A stretch of DNA of 63,879 nt, the filler included, from Sphaeroforma arctica JP610 (lineage: Eukaryota), in assembly GCF_001186125.1 (NCBI RefSeq). It is 5 parts of one record of this genome, joined end to end, with 100 filler letters (N's around TTAATTAATTAA, not from the genome) between each part and the next. Parts side by side here need not be neighbours in the genome. Positions count along the whole stretch, not along the records: positions 33,613 to 61,272 come from NW_014040546.1; 4 more parts are not named here. One strand, given 5' to 3'. The notes under the pieces are model-generated. The model worked only from the letters and a program-made list of their open reading frames with translations, searched no databases and was not told the DNA's origin. A program made the translations under genes and the position numbers. Of this stretch, positions 35,277 to 47,211 are shown piece after piece (within the stretch, counting starts at the first letter, position 1; each line of letters begins with the position of its first letter).

Positions 35277-35540
35277 TAGAATTTACCTACGCGTTTATTT
35301 ACTCTAAGGCGTTAATATCGCCTTAATAGACCGAATCTTACATCATAATCTTAACTTATGACTTCAGTCTTTTTCTCTTAAGGAATGGCTGTGCTTAGGA
35401 AAATGTTTGTGGTTGTTATCTACCTTTACGTTCAAGTAGTCTAAGTAGTCAATACCTTTGCTAACTTGGAAATGTGTAAGATTCGGTCTATCAAGGCGGT
35501 ATTAACGCCTTAGAGTAATTAAATGCGTAGATAAATTCTA
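35277..35540. mobile_element. MITE with ~68-bp terminal inverted repeats
   Basis: tagaatttacctacgcgtttatttactctaaggcgttaatatcgccttaatagaccgaatcttaca matches the reverse complement of ~35474-35540; possible TA target duplication. Confidence 0.8.
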
Positions 35541-35545
35541 GGCTA

Positions 35546-35935
35546 TTACAGATACACCTGTGTGAGTGATTGACCGATAGTCATGTACATGTATACCATT
35601 TCATGCGCTCCTACGTTCGCTCGATTATCAGTGTGGTAAACCTTTTTCATCTCTGTAACCAACTTTTGAAATGCGACTAGTGGCATATGCAGACACTGTC
35701 TGTGGAGACGGGGATTGATGTTACTCATGATAGATTCCAGGTTTTCTAAACCGCGATAGTGATTTTCATTGTAAACATTCACACGATGTCCGCCCAGCCC
35801 AAGGATATTTATATTGTATTCGGGGAATCTGCTATTGCATACATTGTTTGCGCTGTAATGTCCACCATATACTTCGACACTGCTAAAGTTCGGAGAGCTT
35901 CTTGCGTACGATTTGTTTCTACGCATCCATCGCAC
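35546..35935 (-). mobile_element. PIF/Harbinger-like transposase N-terminal fragment (DUF8040-like), degenerate
   Basis: INPRLHRQCLHMPLVAFQKLVTEMKK...VGAHEMVYMYMTIGQ resembles the HP..F...RM....F..L...VS.EE.vA.FL..G region of Harbinger transposases. No DDE domain visible. Confidence 0.5.
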
Positions 35936-36562
35936 TCAGCATCATAGCCAGCCTCGCCACACATACTGCATAACGTGCTGTTGAAGCTGTTAAAGCTTGT
36001 GATATTACAGCTTATTACAATGCAGAAAGTGTATATTGTCTAGATGTTGTTGTTATCAATCTTCAGAATGTTTGTAAATGTGCTTAAAAGTTGGAGTAAA
36101 TCCAGAAATAGAACACCGCATTCTCGTCCGTAAGTCAAAAGGAGGGTAGACCCTCTTTTTGACTTTGAGAGGAAAATGCAACAAAATTAAATGTTGAAGT
36201 GTATTTTTGTGTCGTCATTGGCAAAATTCGGCAAAATCATCACGTATATTTTGCAAATTATGATTCTCGAAAATTGAGCGAGTCGATTCCCAAAATTCGC
36301 TGAAGAATTTGGAAATGCTGTCAAATGTCAAGAAATATCAAAATCAGATACCGGAGTAAGGTGTTTTACTCCTCCCTCAATTTTTTTCTCAGTATAGTCC
36401 GAAGTTGGCAAATCCGGCCATAAAATAATATATACCAACATAGCTTTCTATTGTCGAATTGAACAGGCTATCTCCCAAATGGTTACCCGCCAGTATTGTA
36501 ACTATCCAGTATTGAAATATTTTACTCGCTAGTAGTGTAACGTATTCCGTTAGTGAAAAACA

Positions 36563-38952
36563 ATGCAAAGCGGAAGCTCATGGGTGCTGTGGCAGTTGAT
36601 TGACTCTGCCTTTCCTTCAGGAGGGTTTGCGCACTCAGGAGGGTTGGAGGTGTGTAGCTTTGTTTGATATTAGTTGAGTAATGGTTAATAGTTGGCACTC
36701 AATACACTTAGATGCTCTGTCATGAGCTAACGGTTTGTCTTGATAATCGGTACATGGTAATCAACATACATGCATTTGTTCTCTGATTAGTTACATCAAC
36801 TCAGATGTGCAGATGTACAAATGCACTGCTCAAATTTTGGGCTGCACCCCCTCATTCAGCTACAGTGGCCCATGATAAAATGCTTGTGGGAGTAGCATAA
36901 AAGTATCCCGCGTATTTTGACCCAGTTTTATGCAAAGATGTACACTTAGCGCTTTGGCTGCCGTTATATTTACCGTTGGTGGCGTCGTAAATCAATCTAC
37001 TGGAGATTGCTGCTTGACATGCACGTGAACCAAATATTGGCGTCAGGTATCATACCCATGCATATCTTGTCTATTACTTAGATGTTCACCCGTTAGTTCG
37101 CACGTAATCTATTCATCTATATGCGTCATGTTCACTACGTCGTCTACAGGCAGCCAGTCAGTATGGGCTGACACCGACGTATACACAGCTCAGCGGGGCT
37201 GTGACTACAGCAGTGCAACAGGTGGCGAGGTAAGGTATCACGTACTTCTGTACGCACACACGGTATTGTCAGAGTCTTTCCTATTATTTCTTGGGCTATT
37301 CTAACTCGCAAGCCGATGTGTTCCTGATTAGAAGCTGATGCTATCGTTGTCGTTGATAGTTGGGTATTATCATACAGTCAGAGTCTGCCAATACTAAACC
37401 AGGTGCTCAGCAACCCACAGTCACTTCTCAACTGCAGTGTAAATAAGTCCTTGGTTCATATTATACACCAACATCACCAATATAAACATATACATACATA
37501 CACGTATACATATACATATACATGATAGCCTTACATTCATTGTCTGGTTGTCTCAGTCAGAGTCTGCCGATAATGCACCAGGTGCACACTAACCCAGAGT
37601 CCGTGTGGGAGGCAGACCACTTTCTCGACTGCTCACTGACCAACAACGTGGCCAACAAGGCGTCGCGTTCGCAGGGCGAGGTGGGTAATGGAGTCTTGAT
37701 CGTGTGATTGTGTATTTAGTTAATTGGTATTGTTTATAGAGTGTCCTTTGTGAACTTGGTTAATTATTATTACTTTAATTGTCTCCTGTTGTGTTGAGGT
37801 AGATTGTTTGTGTGCTCGCATATGATATAGTTTTAATTAGGTTGGTTACCACTAGTCAGCGTCCAGTCTCAGGCTGCAAAGTATCTAGTGCGAGCTGAGT
37901 CGGTCCTGCACTAAGTATCCACAGTCGCCCATATAGTTTATTCAACCGGCTCACTCTTATAGTTTCTTTAACCGGCCCACTCTTATAGTTTATTTAACCG
38001 GCCCACTCTTTTAATCTATTTAACCAGCCCAATCTGAGCTTGGGGTGAAGTATGTCCTGGGTCATACAACGTCTGGGATCAGTCGATGTCCCAACTGCAG
38101 GTGGCCATCATTTTTTCCACTAAACGTAGTAGCATTTACGGATCTTGTGGCCCTTTCTTATGGTACGGTGCAGTGCTGCATTGTCAAGTAGCAGTAGGAC
38201 TATACAGGTGTTCCCATGTACGCGTTGAGACAAGGTTTCGACCTCAGACACATCAATACTGCTGTCACTCTAATATTAGGGTTGTAGGGTTTGTGGTGAG
38301 CTTCATGACTTTCCTTTGTACCTATTTGTGGAAACGTAATCTCCACATTGTGGACCCTAGTGTTTAAAGCGTTCGTGTCAAATCTTATATCTGTTTATCA
38401 TTTTTATCGATTTAGTGCCAATTAAATCAGTATCCTATTCATCGCCTTCAATTCCTCTTCCCACATAGGTCTTGGTCGTGCCGTATCTCTGTTTATCATT
38501 ACTATTCGTTTTAGTGCCAATTAATTCAGTACCTTATCCATCGCCTTGCTTCTTCTTCCCACATAGGCCTTGCTCTCGTCTGCCATTGATTGCTTCCCCA
38601 CCGATTCCGAGACGTCTCAGTGCGCATATCTCAGTCAGATGAAGGTGTGTGCATGGACGTAGTGATTCCTTCAATAGAGCGTAAAACCGTATTCAAACAG
38701 CCCCAAGGCTTGTGATTTGGAAAGTCTTTCTAATTATTTTTGGCGTTCGGTGTACATGGTTGACATGGTGATGGCGTGTGTGAGCTGCGAGTGTTTTTGA
38801 CCCAAGCATGCGTATATTTGGGTATTACTGGTGCGTGTTGTGCCACACGTCTTCGTACTACAATATATATATATATATATATGTATATATGTTATATTTA
38901 TATGTATATATGTTATATATATATATATATATNNNNNNNNNNNNNNNNNNNN

Positions 38953-39029
<77 letters not shown>

Positions 39030-41498
39030 TGTATGTATATATATATATATGTTTTGAGCCCGTCGATCGTTTGTAGCTCATTAGCTGACTCTCGCTAGTC
39101 CACGAACGCTCCCAATATCAGAGGGGTTCACTATCCTTACTCACTCGCCTAGTATCGGTAATGATTCAAGTCAAGTATGACTCATCGTGTTTACTTTACG
39201 TTTTTTTTGCTGGTAGGCGGAAGGGAGAGCTCGGCGTCGGCACAACGCGCGCAACAAGAACGAACCCAACCAACCCGTCTACTTCCACTTCGCAGTAATC
39301 TTTGCAGGTGCGTGTGCGAGGCTTTTATCTCTCTCTGACCATATGTTTGTATATGCAGCGATTGAGTGTCGGGTTTACGCCAGCCCAATGTTCTTGGACT
39401 ATGCCTTTTCGTTGCACGTTATTAGGAACGTACAGACGGTGCTACTACTTGGACTATGCCGTCTCGTTGTACGTTACTAGGAACGTACAGACTGTGCCAC
39501 AGTCTGATGGTCACTTGTGAGTGGTCAAACTTTGCTGGGGTGGAGCTGCTTGGTTTGTTTTCGTAGATGCAAATGCCACACAAACACCAACGGCTTCATA
39601 CCACTCACCACACTACAGCTGTATGTAGAGAGCTCAAGATCCCCGTCGACGACATGTGCGACGCCTTCCTCTTCATCAGTCTTCGCGGTACGTGGGTTGC
39701 CATCAAGGGGTAGTCGTTCGAGCGGTAGTCGTTAAAGTGTTAGTCGCCCATGTGCGTATGGCGCTCTCGTCCTGCCCATCGCTTCCCCTTGACACGTTGT
39801 GTGTTGTGTGTGTCCAATCGGTTGTGTTTAGTTGGTCCCATGTGTGTCGCTTATTTAGTCGTCAATTTTGGCTGTACCGCCGTAGGTTTGCCTAAAGTCT
39901 GTTTGTGTGGACTGTGCTGTGCAGGGACATTGTGTGCATGGTTGGTTGTCTTGGCTATTGATTTCCGCTGCTCACGACATGCTACTGATGGCTATTAAGA
40001 TTACATGCTACTAGTACCTATGGCTTTTAGATTACATGCTACTGATACCTATGGGGGTAAGATTACATGCTACTATTACCTATGGCTTCTAGATTACATG
40101 CCACGGATGCCTATGGGGTTAATATTACATGCTACTAATACCTATGGCTTCTAGATTACATGCTACTGATACCTATGCCTTTGGTTGGTCGCTGGGTTTT
40201 AGTAGCACGTTTTCGTCTACTGTTCGCTGTGATATGATATGCAGGACAGCGTATGCGTCCTCAGCTGCAACACCTCCGGGTGAGCCACTGAATTCTTAGA
40301 CATATAGTATGCACAGGCACCTCGCTTGTAGTGGTGTTGGGAGCACACTCCGCGTGGATGTTATTGTGCTACACAAGCGCTTGCTGCGTTGCGTAGTACT
40401 CGGCAATAGGAGACAATGTGTGATGGCGTGATTGGATTTCCACTCTAAGGAGATGATCGTTGCGTGCTCATCGGTAGCCATTTGCCCTTTGCATTCGCAC
40501 AGGATTGACTGGTGCCGCTGTTCGGCTGGGTCTCATAGGGCCCATCCAGGCGCAGGTGAGTTCTATACAGTGATCTCTACGTAAATGGTATGCATAAATA
40601 ATGCGCTTGAATGGACGTTGTCGAATAAATAAGCTCATCCAAGTACTTGCGAGCTTTGATTGGTTAGACGCAGGTGAATGGTTGGCTGTTATTGGTGGGG
40701 TAGGCGAATGCTTCTATACATTCCTCTTCTGAATGTGCCGTAGTTGTGTGCAATAATTGTGAGCTGCAGATAAACGCAGGTGAATGGTTGGCTGTTTTTG
40801 TTGGGGTAGGCTAATGCTTCTGTACACTTCTCTCCTCCGAGTGTGCCGTAGTTGTGTGAAACAATTGTGAGCTGTAGATAGACGCAAGTGAATGGTTGGC
40901 TGTGATTGGTGGGGTAGGCTAATGCTTTGAATGTGCCGTAGTTGTGTGACTGTCCCTGGTGTCATGGGCGGTGTCATAGGTGTCAATTAATTGACACTAC
41001 ACCAAGCTCTGGTCCGGACTCTTCGCTCATCAGCACACACACAGTTCTAGCAGCCCTCCTCACACATGCGCACCTTATAAATGGGAGCACTCCACCGCGC
41101 ATATCCGCTGACCTTGTGTGTATGTATAGTGCCGCTAGAGCCACAGGTATAACCACCGTGGCATAGGAGATTACGTACGCATATATTCCTGTCCATCACA
41201 CATGTGCATCCTATTGGTAACGTTTATTGTACATATCCTAACTTCTATCCACCACGTCTTGCATGTATCCGTTCGCTTGGTCGCCAAAGTAACTGGCTTG
41301 CATGTACTTCGTCTCATACTCTGAATGTTAAACATTACATATTGGCAGCGCCTCCAATTCCAGCTCACGCCTGCGACGAGTGCTATGTCCAGCCACTACA
41401 TAGCCCAGAGACTGCAGGACAGCGCCTCGACCGATCCCATCTTGGACCTGGTGCATAGCAACCATGACTCACTCTTCTTCAAACTGTTCATCAGCTGA
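36563..41498 (+). CDS. ureF: Urease accessory protein UreF, 8 exons, 243 aa
   Basis: Exons 36563-36649, 37150-37229, 37557-37680, 38567-38644, 39217-39307, 39619-39687, 40503-40555, 41349-41498; phases are compatible and the total is 732 nt. Motifs WQLIDSAFPSGGFAHSGGLE, NKASRSQGEALL, HFAVIFAAVC, FLFISLRGLTGAAVRLGLIGPIQAQ, PILDLVHSNHDSLFFKLFIS*. Confidence 0.93.
39975..40180. repeat. 31-bp minisatellite in a ureF intron
   Basis: tagattacatgctactgatacctatggcttc, ~6.5 copies. Confidence 0.85.
40660..40950. repeat. ~105-bp tandem repeat (~3 copies) in a ureF intron
   Basis: acgcaggtgaatggttggctgt...tggggtaggctaatgctt...tgtgccgtagttgtgtg recurs. Confidence 0.8.
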
Positions 41499-42867
41499 GG
41501 GGAGTGAAGGCACCCGCGCACGGGCTTATCTGATTGGTTGTCGAGACATGAGTTATCGCCAGTGGGCCAGTAGATGACCATTGCACTGTCGGTCGGTGTG
41601 GCTACATATGGTTCTCCACCGACTGCAGACTTCAGTTTCGTAGTCTACTGGGGGTGGTGTGTAGACTGACACCCTAAACCCAAGCCCTTCCGTGCGGTCC
41701 TGATGTAACTCGGATGGCTGGAGTTACATTGGAATGGCCTTGCAATCTGATACTTCACAGCCCACCACTACAAAGCACTACAAAGCGAAATGAGAGAACT
41801 TGGGCAAGAAGAGGACCGACTCTAGACCGCATTGATGGGGTCGCTCGAGTGTCAGTGTCGTGTGCTATTTGATACGCGGGTGGCGCTGCAGTCTACCACC
41901 GCGTGGTACGAGATATGGTGTGTGGTACCAAGAACCATCCACTGCATCTCATAGACACCACACGGCGCATAGACCTGCGTTATTCCGACTGCTTGTGCGG
42001 TGTATAACACACCTCAGCGGGAAGGAATGTCGTACCATTGCGCGTAGTGGAGAGTGACGCGTGTGGTAGGAGTGGACGGGAGACTACGCATCGAATGAGT
42101 GGTGTGAGTAGGGGGACTTCATATCCAGCACAGGAAACAGAGCGCACCACAGTAGCTGAAATGCCACATGTGACGTTCATATATGCGGCACAAGATACAC
42201 ATCCCGCGTACTATAGGGCTAGTTCTTGATTAAATATGTCCCCTTGCACGTATGTGGGGCGTGTGGAATAGACACCGGTCGGTTAGCTGTACTTGTATGT
42301 AGAAGGATCAAATGTACTGCGAACCGGAGGTTCAATTGGAGGCGTCATATAAACCTGTTTATTGTACCTCTGTACCTCGAGGCTGACATCATTAGAAACG
42401 ACCAAGAGGGAGTGGGTAAATCTGGTCCCTCCATCCAACAACTGTTTATGTACGAAAGTGCGGCATAGAATGCATTCATAGCTCACTGAATACAAGAAGG
42501 ATATCACAATGTACAGAAAAAACTTGGAGATGCTTTGGTTCAGTGCTAGCTTAGGTTTATAGAGTCTTATTCCAAAGTATTTAAGTAACTTATTCTATTT
42601 ATTCCGTCGTGCACTCGGGAGATTGTCCCATATCGGATTGTTGTGGAGATTAATGTAATCTAATAATCAGCAAATTCATTAGTCATTATTCTATATATGC
42701 ACTGTTGTACACTGTAGTACCACATACTACATGACACTCGAAGGTCTCTGCCTCTGCGGACGTTGCCTCTGTGGACGTTTGAGTATGGGCACCTCAGTAT
42801 CAGCTTGCAAGGGCTTCATTGTGGCAGCAATCACACTGTGACATACTGGTGCCACCCACTGAATGCG

Positions 42868-44190
42868 TTATGTAACAGTGCGTCGTCTGCGCTGTTTCCA
42901 GGTGTCGTCGTAAAGCGTCTTTACTTCAGGCACTGGCACATCCTTGGATCCTTGCCATGACCACGTGACCCCTGGGACCAAGTCCTCTTCTGATACCAAT
43001 GAGGGCCCAGATGTAAACTTGAATAAATTCGAGCGCATGTCATACGTCGCTGTGTTGTTGTAAACCTTTGCAGACGCCAGAACCTGCGTTAACCCCTCAT
43101 TCGTATACTGAGACCACTGACTCATAACAGCTCCCGTGTGGAGCGAGGTATTGTTGCTGAATACGCCACTAAACACAAGGTGTGCTCCAGCACCGATGAT
43201 GTTAGTAGCCATTACCCCTCCATCGACGTCTGATAGGTTGTCTATAAACTCACCGGACAGGATTGTAGTAGAGCCTGGTCCCAAGTTAAACACCCGCACA
43301 GCACCCGCACGCGCGCCTTCGCCCTGGTCGAGTGCTTTGTTGGCCTTAAATGTACTTTGGAAATCAATTGAGCCCACATTCGAGTTGATTGAGATTGCAC
43401 CTCCTTGGTTGGATACATTGTCCTCGAACCTGGCCTTTTTGCCGGTGATTACGGACCCCTCATTGGTGTCAATATATACCGCACCTCCAGTGCAATGTTT
43501 AGACCCGCCCGTATAGAAGGCCGTGTTACCTTTGTATTCACCACCCACGTATAACTCAGCCTTGTCCTCTATATATTGTACGCACAGTACAGCTCCTCCG
43601 TGATAAAGCTCGGTTTGGGTGGACTCTATCTTGTTATCCCAGAACATACAACTGTCATCAATCCTCGACTCGCCAGCCAACCCCCCAATATTTCCGATGA
43701 AAAATACAGCACCCAAGCGCTTATTCCACATTCCATATGCTCGGATGTCAGATGCTCTGAATGTCACGTACATTTCGCCGCTGTCGCCCTCCCCTCCCGA
43801 GGTTCGCAGAGCTGACACAAACTCACCCTCCTTCGATGTAATGTCAAATCCCTGGAATGAAATCGAGATCCTGGAAGGACCTTGAGGACTGAACATACCG
43901 TTGCTCTCCGAACTATACGCCCCGATTATTTTTGCTCTGCCTTCATTGTCGCACTCTACACCACGCACATCCAAATCACCACGGAAACGCATCGCAGACG
44001 CTATCTCGTGCGTACCTGCGAAGTGGATAACCCCATTATTATCACTCACGGCTTGACTGAAGGAGTCCTGACACTTGCCACCCTGCAGCACAAGCGATGT
44101 GCACTCGCATGGGTCACTTACGGCTGAGGTGGAATCGATTAGGTTGAGTACGAGGATGGACAGTGTACCACAAAATGATTTGATTTTCAT
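42868..44190 (-). CDS. Secreted right-handed beta-helix protein with Pmp-type GGA[IV]/FxxN repeats (pectin-lyase fold), intronless
   Basis: 440 aa; signal peptide MKIKSFCGTLSILVLNLIDSTSA; alternating FWDN/GGAV, YKGN/GGAV, FEDN/GGAI, FKAN/AGAV, FIDN/GGVM, FSNN/GAVM. Confidence 0.85.
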   Translation of the reverse strand: MKIKSFCGTLSILVLNLIDSTSAVSDPCECTSLVLQGGKCQDSFSQAVSDNNGVIHFAGTHEIASAMRFRGDLDVRGVECDNEGRAKIIGAYSSESNGMFSPQGPSRISISFQGFDITSKEGEFVSALRTSGGEGDSGEMYVTFRASDIRAYGMWNKRLGAVFFIGNIGGLAGESRIDDSCMFWDNKIESTQTELYHGGAVLCVQYIEDKAELYVGGEYKGNTAFYTGGSKHCTGGAVYIDTNEGSVITGKKARFEDNVSNQGGAISINSNVGSIDFQSTFKANKALDQGEGARAGAVRVFNLGPGSTTILSGEFIDNLSDVDGGVMATNIIGAGAHLVFSGVFSNNTSLHTGAVMSQWSQYTNEGLTQVLASAKVYNNTATYDMRSNLFKFTSGPSLVSEEDLVPGVTWSWQGSKDVPVPEVKTLYDDTWKQRRRRTVT

Positions 44191-45170
44191 TATTCTTATC
44201 TATAGGAAGCGTGGTGTCACTGGTGTGTGAATTTGTCTACACACTACAAGCGAAATTCTTATAAACAATAAATCCTTGGTGACAAGTACACGAGCTCTTT
44301 TTAAAATAGAATACTTAAGCCGCTGAGGATACCATGGGTGCACAGATGTACATGGTTGTGTAAAAACCTTTTTAAAGACATATTATTGAAGAATGCTGGT
44401 GGTTTCAGATTTTTAAAAATCTAATTTTACTATTTAGAGGGGGATTTCCTTTTTTATTTTAGAAAGCTATGGCATGTATCTTTTTTAGATTTTACTTTTC
44501 AGACTCCCGAGACATAATAAATTTCATTGGTGAAGAATTTTTACGCATTTTTTCATTTTTTTTTTCACTGGCTCTTGTCTGGAGCACTGTATCCCTCGAA
44601 TCTAGATTTGGGTCTCGAGTCTCGACCCTCGAGGACTCGACGGAGCAGAGTGAAGCAGTAATCACTAATCACTGAAGACTGCAGAGTGCAGACGGCAGAC
44701 TCAGTAAAGAGTGCAGATTTGCAGGTTGGCGATTGCAGAACTGGCTGAACTGCAGACTGTCACAGTGTCACTGCAGTCGACCGGAAATCAGAAATGAAGA
44801 GGCCAGCTAAATTTAAATAGCGCAGACCTTCTCTGAAGTCTGAACTGAGAACTCGCTTGTATTGTAAAGTCTGAAGTCAGAAAACTGAAGGCGACTGGCG
44901 AGGAAGCTTGAACAGATGAACAACACTTAAATTATAAATTTTTTATTACCACGAGGGGGTTTCTCCGTTTGCAGGCCCTCCTGGTACAATAATTGGCTAT
45001 ATATAAAATGAACAGCTTTCAGTCTCCACGGCGTCCCAGCCGTTGATATTTTCGATTGTCATATATCATAACCCTCTAAATACACAAGATATGGATATAT
45101 AAGTACATATATTATTGCTACTACATATTAGAGGAAGATATCAATACATAGGAACGAGAGAAATAAACAT

Positions 45171-45252
45171 TTGGCGCACAAGGACTCGAACATTGAAGGT
45201 GGGACACCATATGATTTCTAATTATACCCTTTATCCGCTCAGACATGCGCCG
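45171..45252 (-). pseudogene. Degenerate tRNA-Ser(AGA) copy
   Basis: Tandem copy of 45427-45508 with a C1:A72 mismatch and mismatches in the anticodon stem (TATAA/TCATA) and T stem (CAATG/CCTTG). Confidence 0.75.
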
Positions 45253-45426
45253 TGTTTTAATACCAGCCGTTGATTTTTTCGAATGTGAAATAGTATAGCG
45301 CTCTAAATTAAAAACAAGAGAGGGTTATGGATATATATATATAAATACATATATTATTAATACTAGTATTCTACTAGTAGAGGGAGGTATTTTAAAAAAG
45401 ATACAGAGCATGAGAGAAAAATATTC

Positions 45427-45508
45427 TTGGCGCACAAGGACTCGAACCTTGGAGGTGGGACACCATATGATTTCTAATCATACCCTTTAACCGCTCAGGC
45501 ATGCGCCA
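45427..45508 (-). tRNA. tRNA-Ser(AGA), class II, atypical acceptor end
   Basis: TGGCGCA-TG-CCTG AGCGGTTA AAGG-G-TATGA TTAGAAA TCATA-T GGTG TCC CACC TC-CAAGG TTCGAGT CCTTG-TGCGCCA-A (82 nt); stems pair as expected for a Ser tRNA; TTTTT Pol III terminator just downstream. Confidence 0.8.
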
Positions 45509-45869
45509 TGTTTCAATGCCTTCGTATTTTAAGTATAGATTATAAAACTCATGACGGATATTGTTGCATGCAAATTGTCGGCGAAGTATTCTGGCAAAGT
45601 ATTCGATTCAGGCGGAGCGATGCCTGACGAGTCTGAGAGCCATGTATTTACATATTCCACTGATCAATGTTTGTGAGTGAGTACAATCCTCAAATGCTAA
45701 TGACAATGTTGCGTATGCACAGATAATTATTCGGAATGCCTGAAACTACACACACCACGTCTTTACTGCGGTGGTGGAAAGCATGCTACTTGTCATCTTG
45801 ATATTAATAAGACACTTTTACCCGACTCATTTCTAGAGATGGATCTCTGCATGCGCGAGCTTGCATTAT

Positions 45870-46740
45870 GTTTCAGAGTGTTTGCAAAGAACCTGATCTC
45901 TCCCTGACTGCGCACGCATACCCAGTGCGGGTGCCCAGGTGTGCTGTGGCATCAGTTCCGTACTATTGCAACACGATACCAATGGACAGCACCCAGTATA
46001 CTATTTACTGGAATCAGGTGTCGCGCCAGACTACCACCGCCAGTGGTAACTACTGTCGATACATCTGTGGGAATCAAAAGGACTGATCACCATCGCACGC
46101 TGGGATGAGTAGTGGTGGTTTCACCAGGCATACTCAGATGCGGCGAAAGAATGCGACAGCATGGCTTCGTTAAGATAGACTGTGCAATGGTTTACGACGA
46201 CTAAACAAAGCCAGGCCACGCTTGATATCTGCAGAATGTAGTGCACACGAGAAGTCGCTTTTGTGAGAGTTACCAAACACGTAAATAAATCACAGCTAAG
46301 AAAATCGTCGTTCTTTGGCGTTTGTGTTGTTTATTCATTAGCTTCCTGCGGGAATAAACTATTCTAAATTTGGTAAATTGTCGTGGGCTGTCCTTGGCTC
46401 TTAATATTACTCAGACACGACTTGGTAGTGCCTCGGTGTACATTCAGAGCCTCGAACGTGTTACGTGTAGCTGGGCACGCCCTGAATGCATTCATGCCCG
46501 GCAACCGTGGACATTCGACTAACCTCACGCATGTCGTACCATGGCGGTGAACGACCGGGCCGTGTAGCTATTGTCACTCGGTGATAAGTACGCGTGCAAC
46601 ACACTAGCTAATTGCACACAATAGTACTAACACCGGATGTAGCTGCGCTCACAGGCCGACGCAAAGTGGACAATGTCGGCTTCTAACTTTCATATATGTC
46701 GAGCAATGAGCAGCTTTGTTGTGGCGATTTCGGACAGACA
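45870..46740 (+). mobile_element. Highly decayed Ty3/gypsy pol RNase H remnant
   Basis: Frameshifted pieces SSVLLQHDTNGQHPVYY, SRQTTTASGNY and AKWTMSASNFHI..VVAISDR resemble gypsy GAVLxQ..HPVxY.SR.T..AE.NY and ARW..L..FxF.I..VADxLSR. Confidence 0.5.
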
Positions 46741-47211
46741 CCTCTCGTGGGACAAAGCCCAAGCGTGAGTGTGTTCGTAAGTGATTGCGTGCGTGCACAC
46801 GTGTATCTACGCGCGCATGTCTCTGAACGTCAGAGTGATCGTAAATAAGTGTATGTGTTTATGTAGGTGTGTACGTGTACACATAATGCATGTGTATATG
46901 TATGATAAATTAGTGTAAGTGTATGTGTATACGAGTAATAGTAATAGTATTGAGTATGTGTATACGTGTACGTCATTGGGTGTATGTGGCTACACCATCT
47001 CATCCATTCCCTGAGCCACTTCAAAGGCCACCCGGGTACACCCTCAACACTGCTGATAGGTAGATACCTACACAACACATGAAGCCTCCTTTCTGCCCTG
47101 TACCAATAGTGGCTTGCGCTCCAGCAATCCATGCGGCCTACGTACCTACACAAGTATCGTTCTTGCACGAGTACATAGATTGCCTCTCAAGTTCGTAAAT
47201 GCAATACAGAT

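Noticed and set aside
40245..40279. Exon-like AG...GT segment in a ureF intron (also SDGHL near 39500)
   Set aside because: Better UreF-matching exons (39217-39307, 39619-39687) give a complete in-phase model.
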